The notes beneath the pieces were generated by a model. That model did not search any database. It had not been told where the DNA came from and saw nothing but the letters and a program-made list of their open reading frames with translations. A stretch of 64,000 bases of DNA, taken from positions 372,001 through 436,000 of the forward strand of contig OZ025799.1 in NCBI GenBank assembly GCA_964019425.1, in the 5' to 3' direction. Below, piece by piece: positions 46,557 through 58,416 of the stretch. The position numbers and the translations under genes were made by a program. The stretch's first letter is position 1; each line of letters opens with the position of its first letter. The DNA comes from Flectonema sp. DT1601 (Eukaryota).

Positions 46557-46856
46557 CGTAATAAGAAATCGAAAGAATAAATCAAATTGTTTTTTCATTT
46601 TCTACGATGTGTAATAATAAAGCTTGTGTCGCTATTATGTCAACGTGGTCTAACAATTAAATATCTCGTTCGTGTGTGTTTTTTTTTTTTTTTTTAAAAA
46701 CAAAACTCCCTCTTCCTCGCTTTTGTATACAATCTGTTCGTTGATTGCTTTTTTATTTGTTTTAACATTTTATAATTTGCAGGTCATTGACGTAGTGAAA
46801 TGTGATTTGCTAAAGTTGTCATGCCTCATGTTTTTTTTGATACGATGTTGTTATTA

Positions 46857-47360
46857 TTAGTTTCCTCCCTTTACAGCTTCTTTAAGCTCTGCTACCATCG
46901 ACGAAACCGAGGCTTTTGGTTCGTAACGTTGAATGAGTTTTCCATCTGGTCCTACCAGAAACTTTGCGAAGTTCCACTTAATTGGTTTAGATTCTTCAGC
47001 ACCAGAAATCGTGTTCTGCATGTACGTCCATGCTGGGTGAGCCTTGTCACCATTAACGTCAACCTTTTCAGTGATGACACCCGGAAAGTTGTATTTCTCA
47101 ACAGCAAAAGCTTTGATTTCAGCTGCTGTACCTGGCTCCTGACCTCCAAACTGGTTACATGGAAAAGCAATAATTTCAAACTTACCTGTCAAAGATGAGT
47201 CTTCATACAACGACTTGTACCCCTTGTACATGTCGTCTGTCAAGCCTCATTTAGATGCGACATTGGTGAGGATGAGAGCCTTGCCAGCGTACTTCGACAG
47301 ACTGTGAGTCTCCCCATCAATGGTAGTGATGCTGAATGCGTGCATGTTCTGTGTTGTCAT
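46857..47360 (-). CDS. GPX: Glutathione peroxidase, selenoprotein (copy 1), Sec TGA at 47249-47247
   Basis: Reading through the TGA gives MTTQNMHAFSITTIDGETHSLSKYAGKALILTNVASK-U-GLT...FPCNQFGGQEP...KWNFAKFL. The TGA is exactly at the peroxidatic position. Confidence 0.9.
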
Positions 47361-48042
47361 CTCTTTTGCTGTGTTCCTTTTTATTTATATTCCTTTTTTT
47401 TCTTGTCAAAAAAAAAGAGGAAATCCCCATTCGACCCCAAAAGAATGTTTACTCGTTCAGCTGACAAGCTACTTGTTCTGAATTTCATATTATCTGTTCT
47501 TGCTGACCTTTCTCTTTGTACCTATTCAGGTATGTCACAGTCGGGAACAATGTGGGTCATTTTTGAGACCTCTTGCGGATAAATGCAAGAAAGGAATCGG
47601 GAAATATTTACCCAAGAAGTTCCATTGACGAGGTAAACCAGACAAGGCACGCTGCAGACCAACTGTCTCTTACCATGTACAGAGGCCTTGACATGGCCTC
47701 ACCACAGCAGATTTCACTGTCTGGTGGGTAATAGTTTCGAGCTGCAGCTTGAAACGCCGTGGTACTTCGGCTCTGTCACTATTGCCTGTGCCAGCTGAGC
47801 GGCCAACAACACCAATCCTTTTCAGGCACATCGATAGTAGATAAATAAAATTAACCCCTCGGGGAGATTGATAATTAGACACAATAAGTATCCACTTCAC
47901 AAGAGTTTTTCTTCTGAATTTGTCAGAGCAAAAAAAGAAAGAAAAAAAAATTTAAATAATTTGAAGCGCAGTAATCAGAAGCTAAACACCGCAACAGAAA
48001 ATCAAAGAAATAGAATCCTATTACTTTCTACAGACAGCTTCT

Positions 48043-48345
48043 GAAGGTTCTGCTGTCTTAACCATCTGTCTTTAACCTGTTAAGAAACATATTAATAATA
48101 AAGAATCTGAACACCATGATAGAATACAATAAATGAAATAGGAACCCATCAACTAATTGAATCGATAAGATGACTGTTTCCAATCCTCAGTTCAGTTAGT
48201 CAGGTTACTGTGATACTCCTTCAATGGAACTATCAAGAGTGTTAGTGATAAGAGTTAATAAAATAACTTACGTCACAACTGAAGTATGTGTTTGGAAGGA
48301 CAACTAACGAAAACAACAGCACAGGTCCTATTCATATCGGCAAGG
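48043..48345 (-). repeat. 300-bp block downstream of GPx copy 2
   Basis: Duplicate of 46255-46556. Confidence 0.92.
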
Positions 48346-48516
48346 TTCTATAGTATTTAGTCAGTAACCATTTAAACAAGTAGAATAAGCGGGTTAGTTT
48401 TTTTTTTTTTTTTTTTTTTTTTCCCCCAACAATGTGATATAATCCTTGTGTCGTTATTATTGTCACATCTTAAGAAACCTCCTTCCGCATTTTCTCGCAA
48501 TCTATTCGCTGGATTG

Positions 48517-48554
<38 letters not shown>

Positions 48555-48862
48555 ATTAATCATTATAGTTATCTGCGGCAAACATCATTGTTAGTTGTAA
48601 TTACAAAAGAAAGTAGAAAAAAAAAGAGCACATGTTTCACTCATATCAACTTATAGTACTTAATTATTAGAAATACAGAAACCAGTCAGAGAAGTGTCTT
48701 ATGGTTTTGTTCATTCAAGAGTCAGGTGTTGATGTGTTTGTTGCTTTGCATTTTCGTGTTCCTTTCCGTGGTAATAACAATAAAAGGTTTGCTAAAAGTT
48801 GTAAATTAGTTTAGCATAGGTTTCTACTTTCATGTTTTCTTTTTGATACGATGTTGTTATTA

Positions 48863-49651
48863 TTAGTTTCCTCCCTTTACAGCTTCTTTTAGCTCTGCTA
48901 CCATCGACGAAACCGAGTCTTTTGGTCCGTAACGCTGAATGAGTTTTCCATCTGGTCCTACCAGGAACTTTGAGAAATTCCATTTAATTGATTTAGTACC
49001 TAAGATCCCAGGGATCTTGTTCTGCATGTACGTCCATGCTGGGTGAGCCTTGTCACCATTAACGTTAACCTTTTCAGTGATGACACCCGGAAAGTTGTAC
49101 TTCTCAACAGCAAAAGCTTTGATTTCAGCTGCTGTACCTGGCTCCTGACCTCCAAACTGGTTACATGGAAAAGCAATAATTTCAAACTTACCTGTCAAAG
49201 ATGAGTCTTCATACAACGACTTGTACCCCTTGTACATGTCGTCTGTCAAGCCTCATTTAGATGCGACATTGGTGAGGATGAGAGCCTTGCCAGCGTACTT
49301 CGACAGACTTTGAGTCTCCCCATCAATGGTAGTGATGCTGAATTCATGCATGTTCTGTGTTGTCATTTGTTTTTACTGTTCTCTTTTGTTTATTTAATTA
49401 AGTTTTTTCGTTCTCTTGTTATTTTAAAAGAAAAAAAGGGGATGTGAAATAGAATTTTTAATTTTCAAAAAAAAAAAGACAACCAAGAAGGGATATAGAA
49501 ATTTTCTTAAAGAAAGAACAAAAAAAAAACAGAAAAATAAAATTGTTAAAACCTTAGTCATCAGATCCTCTGATTGATTTGTAAAAACAAGCCCCCCAAC
49601 TGCAGCAAATGCAACGCCTGCAGCAGCAAGCAGTTTGGCCTTGTAAGTCAT
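48863..49651 (-). CDS. GPX: Glutathione peroxidase, selenoprotein (copy 2), Sec TGA at 49255-49253, with probable hydrophobic first exon 49651-49553
   Basis: NVASK-U-GLT, FPCNQFGGQEP and KWNFSKFL motifs. Upstream exon MTYKAKLLAAAGVAFAAVGGLVF...MTK joins in phase 0 at ACAACACAG (49355). Confidence 0.85.
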
Positions 49652-50358
49652 ACTCGTTATTAGCTGAAGAGTTAAATGAGAATATTTCATCGAATTCTCA
49701 CTTTTCCAAAAAAGAATAAGGTCTTGCCGAAGGTCTACTAAAACATTAAGTTGCAGTAATTCAGAGTAGTTTTTTTTTTTCCAGTCATCAAACGAGAGTT
49801 TTTAAAAAAAAAGAAAGCCACAAACATGTGTTGCCAACGCCATATAGCGAACACCCCATCTTGCAGTGCGTAGCATCTGAGTTAGCAACCTGCCTGAGGG
49901 AAAATATTCATTCCTCCTTGTCAAGAAAACCCATGGGATAAGAGATAATTGAAGGAGGTGATAGTTTGACAATACAGAAACAGTAATAAATTAAACTAAA
50001 CTTGGAACAGGTGTGTAATAACGTACCTTTTCAATCTCTTTCGCGTGGCACGATTTGTTTCCCATTTTGTGTAGGTCTGGTTGAATAAAAAAGACCTTAA
50101 AGAAAACAACAAATACCGCATTCCAAAGAAGGCTGACATCACGTAAGCCTACGAAGGTAAAGCAAGTTGAACCGCGTAGCGTAATATAACACGCTGCTTT
50201 CAAAGATTTCTTCCAACCACCACCTAAACCCAATAATAAATCACTATACTAACGTGAGTGTGTACAATGCCATTGTGTGACTTATTACAAGGCTGACACA
50301 TAAAAGAGACTTTGAGGTACCGTACCTCTAAATGTAAAACTATCGTCGCTGGAGTTGA

Positions 50359-51081
50359 TTAGAATATTGAGTCGTCAGCTGGGAAATCGAAACCAAGAGA
50401 AGGATCGATTCCGTTTAGTAAAGTGTCGAGGTCAGACATTGGTTCTGGTTCTGGTTGTGGCTCTGCTGTTGGTGACGGGATCGCCATCTCTGGAGAGAGT
50501 TCACGCTCTGGGGAGAGTCTCTGTACCGGAGAAAGCCTCTGTGCCGGAGGGGAAAGTTGCCGCACTGGCGATTTAACATCAGCTGTCGGACGTTGCATAC
50601 TGCGGGCCACATCATGTGATGTCACGGGTTCTGTTGGAAGAATCTTTTTGACTGGCGAAGACAGAAACGATGGTTCCTCCTTAACAGGTTTATTATTTAC
50701 TTTCGACGCCGTAGTATATTCAAAGATTGGGTTCTCACTTTTAGTCTTAACGACTGATTGCATTTTGAGATGTTTTTCTAGTCTGATTTCCTCCGCATCT
50801 TCTTCGTCATCGTCCAGCTGTTGGAGGTAATGAAGCCGTTTACGTATGTTGTCCAACATGTAGTCACCGAATCCTGCGTGTTCTCGAACGACGTCTCGCA
50901 AGACTAGAAGTTGTTTTCTATCTTTATGAGCTCTTAAATGTCTTCGATATAATTTACAGAGTTGTGGTCTGTTTAATTCACAACTATCTTCCCAATCCCA
51001 TCTTCCTGTTACTCGATTCAGTCGAAATGCGTTGTGGTTTCTTATATTACGACAAAACTCTGTCTCTCTCTCTGGAGGCAT
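50359..51081 (-). CDS. Hypothetical protein with short (Q/R)LSP tandem repeats
   Basis: 240-aa ORF containing RQLSPPAQRLSPVQRLSPERELSPE. Confidence 0.6.
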   Translation of the reverse strand: MPPERETEFCRNIRNHNAFRLNRVTGRWDWEDSCELNRPQLCKLYRRHLRAHKDRKQLLVLRDVVREHAGFGDYMLDNIRKRLHYLQQLDDDEEDAEEIRLEKHLKMQSVVKTKSENPIFEYTTASKVNNKPVKEEPSFLSSPVKKILPTEPVTSHDVARSMQRPTADVKSPVRQLSPPAQRLSPVQRLSPERELSPEMAIPSPTAEPQPEPEPMSDLDTLLNGIDPSLGFDFPADDSIF

Positions 51082-51350
51082 ATTTTATTATTGTTGATGG
51101 GGGGAAATTGCTGTGTTCGAATGTTTTATTAAGTGATACGGATTTGTTTGTTTATTTTATTGTAGTAGTTGTAAATAAAAAACACAAAATATAGTAGTCG
51201 CTGACCACAGAAGTAGCCACAGCTCCAAAACAGTGTAGAGATGAGTGTGATGAGTGTTTTTAATATTAGCACTCAAGGAGGCTGGTTAGAAATCAAAAGA
51301 AAAACAACAGCAATACAAGTCCAAGAGAACTTTTTTTTTGGCTTTTCAAC

Positions 51351-54330
51351 TTACAGCAGCATCCGCTGTCGGGGTTTCTTTATCAAGGTTCTTTTCTTTT
51401 TTGAAATGAGCTGGCATTTTCGCATTAATTTAAGAAGTGTTCCGGGAGGCAGGTCGCTAGCTGTTCCTGAAGGCATTGGTATCGGTTTATAATCGATTGG
51501 AGGAGGTCGACGTTTAATCATTACAGGACCCATTGAGAAGCAGAGTGTTAACTCTCTGTGACCTTCCATAAGTTGTTCTGCGTGACTGACTGAAGTAGTA
51601 ACGATATGATTAACGTGAGTTAGTTTCCATTTTGATAATTTCGATAGTCCAGCTCTACTACTCGGCGAAGCAGGAATAACAGATTGAAGTAATAATTCTT
51701 TACTAAAAGCCAACCCGAGGGGAACATCTTCAGAACTTCTCCGAACGATAACTTCAACAGAACGAGGATCTGAATCATACTGCTGTCTATTAGATGGAAT
51801 AGGAGGTGGTGATATTCGATCAATTTGATCGTTTCTTTCCATATTTTCTGTTGTTGGATGACTCTCTTGAAAGCATTCATCCTCAATAACTCTCTTAACC
51901 CTCCTCACGGGTACTTGTCCTCGAGTATTCCCACCTCTGGATAAGAACCCACAAGTTGCACTCGCCACACTCCAATTGGCTACTCGAGGAATAGAAGTAG
52001 TCGTCTTGCAGCTATGCGTGTTTTCAATTCGAGGTGGTGGTACCGTTCTGCCTTTGGAATCAACGTACACAGGGTTTGTGAATTCTTCAATTGTTATCCC
52101 GCCAGTTGCTGTTCGTGAGAATACTTTTGATTTATTCTGTTGAATTGGTGGCGGCGCAGGTTCGATTCTCCATCGTCTTCCTTTTAAGCTTCCTGTTATT
52201 AGTGTTGTTTGCTGTTGTTGTTTTTTACTTAAATAATGATAAATTTAAAAAAAAAAAAACACGATAAAACACATACGGGAAACAGCCTTATCAACCGCAT
52301 CTCGAGTAGATTGGTACGTTGCTGAGACTGTCGGTGTTTTTTGTAGTTTGTGTCGACTTGATATCGAAACAACATTCTTTTTCATTCCTCTGAGACTTTT
52401 CAGACATTCACGTTCTTCTTTTAATGCTTGCTTACAAGGGATACACGAATTATCATGGTCATCTATTATGATTACAACACTCGAAATAGATGATAAAACC
52501 CTCCTTTTGAATTGTGTTACCGAAGGGAAACGTGTGTTAAACAACGCTAAAAACCTCCTTAACAAATCAGTAGAATAGTAAAAAGTATGTCTAAGGGGTG
52601 ACGAATGCCAAGTACACTTATCTTTTGTGTGTTGGGAAGTTGAGGTTGTTGTTGAGTGCTTTAGACGTCTGCAAAGGACTTCGAATCGACGCTGCAAAGC
52701 AACTGACTGAAGCTCACCTTTTGAGTAGTGTTTGCTTTTACGACCAACAAACATAGCAGCTAGTGATAAAGCAGCGTTCGTACTCATTTCATTGTCATCA
52801 ATGTCCATATCATGCGATGAAGTACTTCGCGGTGGTAATGTTCCAGATTGACCTTCTCTGTCATTTATTTTAACATCAGAAATACCCATCTCTTCAGGAA
52901 GTCCTAACGGAAGCCAAATATGTTCCGCGAACTCACGCAGTGTCATCTCCTTATTGTCATCAACTCGTTCACATAAAAGGTTCCAAGTGACGGGATTTAC
53001 TTGAGTAACACCACCAACTTCTATTAATGTTCGAAGGGCTGCTAATAATTGTTTAGTTCTAACTGTGCTGTGAGGGTTTTCTGGTGAACCTCCTGCTAGT
53101 CTGAAGGTATCTATCGCCCCTGTTGCTGCACTTTGAAGTAAAGTGTTAAATTCACAGTAGTCTACAATACCGTTGCTGTCTTTGTCAAGGTCCTGTTGTT
53201 TTTTTTGTTGTGTAAAAAAATGTTGCTGAAGTTCAGTTCAAATTGTTAAAATAATTTCATTCACAAACCTGAAGCATCGCATTATCAAGCTTCAATTGAA
53301 ATCCTTCTGCAGCATCTTGAAGGAATTCTATCGTTATGTTTCCTGTCTGATCTCGATTACCTCCCATGGCTACGAATGCATCAAGCATATCAGCGTCAGT
53401 ACTGTATTCACTTATAGTCTTGTTCCTTGCTTTTAAGACGTCACAAACTGCAAAAAATTCCATCAGCGTGAGAGATTTTTGAAGTTCCTCAAGAGATTTT
53501 GATTTTTCCATATCAGAGTATGTTTCATTATCGTAATTTATATGTTGTGCGTTACCTTTATTAACCAATACAACAGCTTTACGTACCGCATCAGCTAGTT
53601 GTGGGAGGTCAGCAGATCCCAACATCCCAAGCCGTTGTAATGCTGAGCGTAGCAGTTCTAGGTTGTTATTAATTGCGAGCCTTGAAGCTCCTTCATCATA
53701 GGCACGCTTTAGCCATTTTAATTCTTTTCTCGTGAGGTATGATTTATTGTCATAACGGTATGGGTAGTCAACTTGAAAATCATCGACTGGCAGTCTAACG
53801 ACAGCAGCATTGGTAGCAGTGGCTGGTTGGGTGTTTATGTGAGCTGAATGGATGTTTTGATTTACTTGTTTTCTTTTCTTATCTTGGCTATCTGATGATG
53901 TGAGGGTAGTCTCTTCACAATCTGGTACATGAAATTCAATTTCAGTACAAGGAATCCAAACCCTGCCATCACCATAACACCAATCCTTTATTTGTTGAGG
54001 AGGTTGACCGTTGTGACGAGCTTGAGAAGTTACAATGCTGTTCGTCGAAATGTCAGTCAGCCCTCGTCTTTGAGTAACGATACTCCATCCTTCATCAGAG
54101 TCACTGCAGAGGAACATTGAGGCTTTTTGATTTATCCAAACTGGAAGACCATTTGCTGTTTCTCGACTCATTACGTACTTCCCACAACAATGAGAGATAA
54201 CATGTGGTCCTGACAAGATACAAACCTGCGGCATGTTTCCTTCACCAGCAGCCTTTGCCGCCAATCGCTTTGACGGGTTTCCACCAGTCGAGAGCTCCGC
54301 GCTCCGAGTCGCTAGTGGAACCAACGGCAT
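51351..54330 (-). CDS. EF-hand and PDZ-domain protein, 3 exons (54330-53269, 53192-52277, 52192-51351)
   Basis: Splicing completes an EF-hand pair (DAFVAMGGNRDQTGNI; DLDKDSNGIVDYCEF). The last exon has a PDZ (PLGLAF...VIPASPSSRAGL...LTHVN). Both GT-AG introns are phase-consistent. Confidence 0.72.
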
Positions 54331-54539
54331 GTTATTACATAATAAACCCTGTCATGAGATTATTGTTTTTAATGAATTTAAAAGAGAATACCAAATCCAA
54401 CTACGATGATCAATCTATTATAAGTGATACCTGACAATAAGAATGAAGCATTATAAAAGTTATGGTAAAGTAACAATGTGTGGTTTTTAGTTCTAATTAT
54501 CTATGAGATTTTATCTAAATAACAAAAGTGTTGAAATAA

Positions 54540-57500
54540 TTACATCGACTGATCCGCGTCGTCAAAGACGTTCACCATGACGTCCAGTAATTCATTTACG
54601 ACAAAAGTACCAGTTCCTTGAGAAGCTACGCCTCCTCCTCTCTTCTCTTCAAGTTCTACAAGTTTATCACAAGAGTGACATTGAACAGTAGTCGCGTGAG
54701 TAGTATGGCTCAAATTACCAACCGTGTCACCAGTCTGTAAAGGAACAATCGGTGATGCCGAACGAACAGCACCTTCCTCACCACGAGCAGGTTGCGGCGT
54801 CCAACAAAACGAAAGAGGAAAAAGAGAAAACGCGTTAAATTCACTACAAGTCACATCATGAATCTGAGCTGCTGGCTGCGACAGGAAAAAGTTTTGAATC
54901 CAAGACTTGTGATGACGCTTACCCAATCCCCAGGTACATAAATGGAATGGATGTGCGAAAGGACGATCACTCATAAAGGAATTACCAACAGCTTTAATAC
55001 CATGTTGGGCTTCAGTCCATAATGCTTCCATTAACTCACAACGTGCTTCTCTAGAATAGTCTAAAAGATGAGTACCATAAGTCATAGTAGTCCATGTTAA
55101 GGATTGTGCGTAGTTCTTACAATGTTGAGCTCCACATCTTTCAACTAACTCGTGGATACCACCAGGACCTAATTCATCAGGTAAAGTTCCCCAATAAAAG
55201 TGAGTAGCACCCAAACGACTGATATCTGCCAGGCCAGCAGCAACAGTCGGATCAGAGAGAGGAATATTACGTTGAGCGCTGTTGTGTGGAACGGGTGATA
55301 TTCCAAACTGGATTTTTAGTCTTCGCTTGCGAAGTCGGAGTCGCATAATGTTAAGTCTCCTTTTCAACAATGAACAAATAGTCGAAAATAATGTTCCCTC
55401 CTTGTGATAAGCATTATGAAGTGCTGCTGTTGGAAGACCTTGAAGAATTGATTCACTCGATACCATGGATTGAACTTTTGAGAACTCTGCGAACATTGTT
55501 AGAGAACCAACTTCACATTCTCCAATTTCACCAGTTAAGAAATATTGACAATAGTCAGCCCTATCTTGACAATGCCGCAGGTTAGCAGCAAGGAACCCGA
55601 TGTCTTGCTTTGAGTGTCCAGTTCTCCATTTTCGTAGTGACACCTGTCTCTCAATAGACTCGGCACCCGACCATATTTGAATTATTATCTTAGCTTCATA
55701 TGGCAACGTCTGAGAAGAAGTTCCACTACAGACTCTCAGACAGGCTCTTCTAAAGGCTGCTTCTGTTTCATTTGACCATCCACTGCTAACCCAGACTTGT
55801 AGAATAGAATCAAGTGATGCCTTAGTATCATCACCTTGAAGCATTTCAAGTAGAACAACACTCTTAGCAATGCTGTATGTACTGGATTCGTAGCCGAATA
55901 TCTCTAAGACAGATGCGCTGTCAGCGTAGACCATTGTCGACATCGCCTCTACTAATAAATCACAAAACTGAAATAAAACTATTCTCACCGTGTGATGAAT
56001 TTGTAAAGTTAATTTCATCGGAGGTATAAATGTGAATGAACGATTCGTTATAGCTAACATTCCTGTTTTTGGTTTTTGTATAGTTTTCGTGTGATTATTT
56101 TTTTTATCATATTTTTTTTCAGTCATTCTCAAAATTACCGACCACGAATGGCTCATTTTACCCCAGCTGGAAGAGTTTTTTTCCCTAACCCGCCTTCCAA
56201 TGGGGCATGTTTGTGCTCCAGAGATTATGAATACCATTGCAGCAGTTGTTGCTGGTGACGCTTTGTTTGTAAAGGAGGAATTTGCTGAGAAAAATGTTGA
56301 AATCCATTAGTGGATCGACAACATCAGAATTTCTTGGCTCAAAAGAAAACGTGAAGAGTGCTGGTTCACCCAGAAGTATCTTCGTAGGGTAACTAATTAT
56401 CTGAACAAAGGCACATTACAAGTTCAAGTCTTCGAAAATACCTCATTGTGTAAAGAGGGAGCGGCAAGTAAGATGCTAAAATTGGAAACTAAGCGAGAAT
56501 ATGGTAGATCTCGAACTGAAGACAGCTAACTACATACCTGCATGAGACTCTATTTTTACATCCCGAACGCTACCCAATCTTGGTGATCCTTTAAACCATT
56601 TCATTCCCTCTTCAGAACAACCAACACGGTGCCATAAAGCTTCTTCCTCATTGTTCCAATCATACGTCTCCAAAGAGAATAAGTGGAGCTTTATATTGCG
56701 AGCTTGAAGGTAAGAATCGTATAGAAGTTTAATACCTGTGTCTAACGTGTCTTGGGTTGATTCTGTTTTATGTTTCTGATAACGAAACCATTCTTCATGA
56801 AATGGGGGAACATCTTCAGGTCGACAGCTGATTTGACCTAAACTTGGATCATCATTAAGTTGAAGTAAGTCAGTCAGAGTTGTGTCAAAAGGATCATCCA
56901 GTGGTTGTTGTCTGCTTCTAACTTCAGTTAATTTTCTAATTATTTCATGTGAATTTGGATCATATGACAATCCTTCTTCAAGCGAGTCAACAGCAGCTTC
57001 TAAGTCGAGAGAGGTTCCCAACATTGATAACGCAGTTCCTTTACGTAACCAGCCCTTTGACCACCAAGGGTTATAAAAGACAGCTAATTCTCCATCACGG
57101 AGTGCTTCTCTGTAGTTCCCCTGACGAAAATTAGAGCTCGAACGACATGAGTAGCATATCGCCATTTGTTGCGCCAGTTCTATTTCTGATAATTTATTTT
57201 CAGAGCGGAGGATTTCTATTGCGTGATCACACCATCTAATCGCAAACTCATAATGACCCTGTTCATAACAATTATTAGAAACTGCTTTATAGGCTTCTCT
57301 AAGTGTTCTTTTTACTTCTGGGTTACTTGGACTCAGCTGCAGTGCAGTTTCTAAGTGTTCTGCAGCTTCCATCGGTTCATTAATTGAGAGGAGGATTGCA
57401 CCTTTTCGTAAATATCCCTTAAACCATCCTTTATTTAATTGAATCGCATTCTCGGCGTCTGCAGATGCGGCAGCGTATTCACGTTGTTGTAACTGAATAG

Positions 57501-57705
57501 CGGCTCTCAGGGTTAGCAACGATGCTAATTCAGCTTGTAATGCCTTCACACACTTTGTTGTGTAGCCTGTTGCATCTGAGTAGTCTCCCTTAGCGAAAGC
57601 TTTCTGTCCCATGCGTTCTAATTTTCTGACAGACTCCAGTGGTAGTCTCCCGCCACGAGGTGACTCCGGTGGCCTCATCATCGAGTCACTTTCTGACATC
57701 GGCAT
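54540..57705 (-). CDS. TPR-repeat protein with uncharacterised C-terminal domain, at least 2 exons (57705-56538, 56062-54540)
   Basis: Two TPR triplets (W.KGYLRKG, WSKGWLRKG). A phase-1 GTATGT...AAAACAG intron of 475 nt joins the two ORFs. Confidence 0.72.
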
Positions 57706-58416
57706 TTCTTCTGTTGGAATAGAATTATTTATAATCTAAATGTAGAAAATGTGGTTCCTTGACAATCATCGTTTACTACTGACGAGTATAAAATAAGTTC
57801 ATTTATAAAAAACAAGAAACAGAATAACCAAGGCACTACAAGGATTTTCTAAATAATCAAATGTGTGAAACAAAATTTTTTTTTCAAGAGACAGAGAAAG
57901 TTCGGCAACTTTAAAAATGTATCTTGAGAAGTAGAACCAATTTACTTAAAAAGTGGTCGTGCAATCTGTGAAGCGAGGACGTGGTTACAGTAGTGTATTG
58001 CCTTGTTACGAATTCGTTCCAGGTAGTAGTTATCAGACTCGTCTGAGCTACACACATGCCAATGTATTCTGGAAGGACACGATGGTGAAAACCACCACAA
58101 GTTCTGACTCAAAACCAACTTTACAATTAAATTGCAGTCGGTCTTACTGAAATAATAATATTTTAAAAAATAAAGACGGCAATGAACACACTAAAGTATC
58201 CTACCCTACTGTAGTAACAAAAAGAATAACATAAACGAAATTGAAATCTATTCGACAATAATATTTCTAACGCTGTTTAGAACTACTAACCAACAACTAA
58301 TGGAATTAGGATAGAGTTTTCCATTAGTTTTATGTTGTCAGGGATTCGCTCGTTTTTTTTCGTATTATCGAAAATGAAAAAAAGTTCAGGACAACAAGGT
58401 TATCTTGCTAAATTCA

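Noticed and set aside
47735..47790. Possible SECIS AATAG-TGAC...CGAA-ACTATT downstream of GPx copy 2
   Set aside because: Helix II pairs poorly in the required register, and there is no counterpart downstream of copy 1.
46857..49366. GPx pseudogenes, or a reassigned TGA codon
   Set aside because: The TGA falls only at the catalytic residue in both copies and the rest is intact. I saw no in-frame TGA in other genes, and the oxidosqualene cyclase appears to end in TGA at 29890.
56182..56190. CCCTAACCC as a telomerase RNA template
   Set aside because: It is only 9 nt, antisense to local transcription, and the surrounding hairpin pairs better on the other strand.
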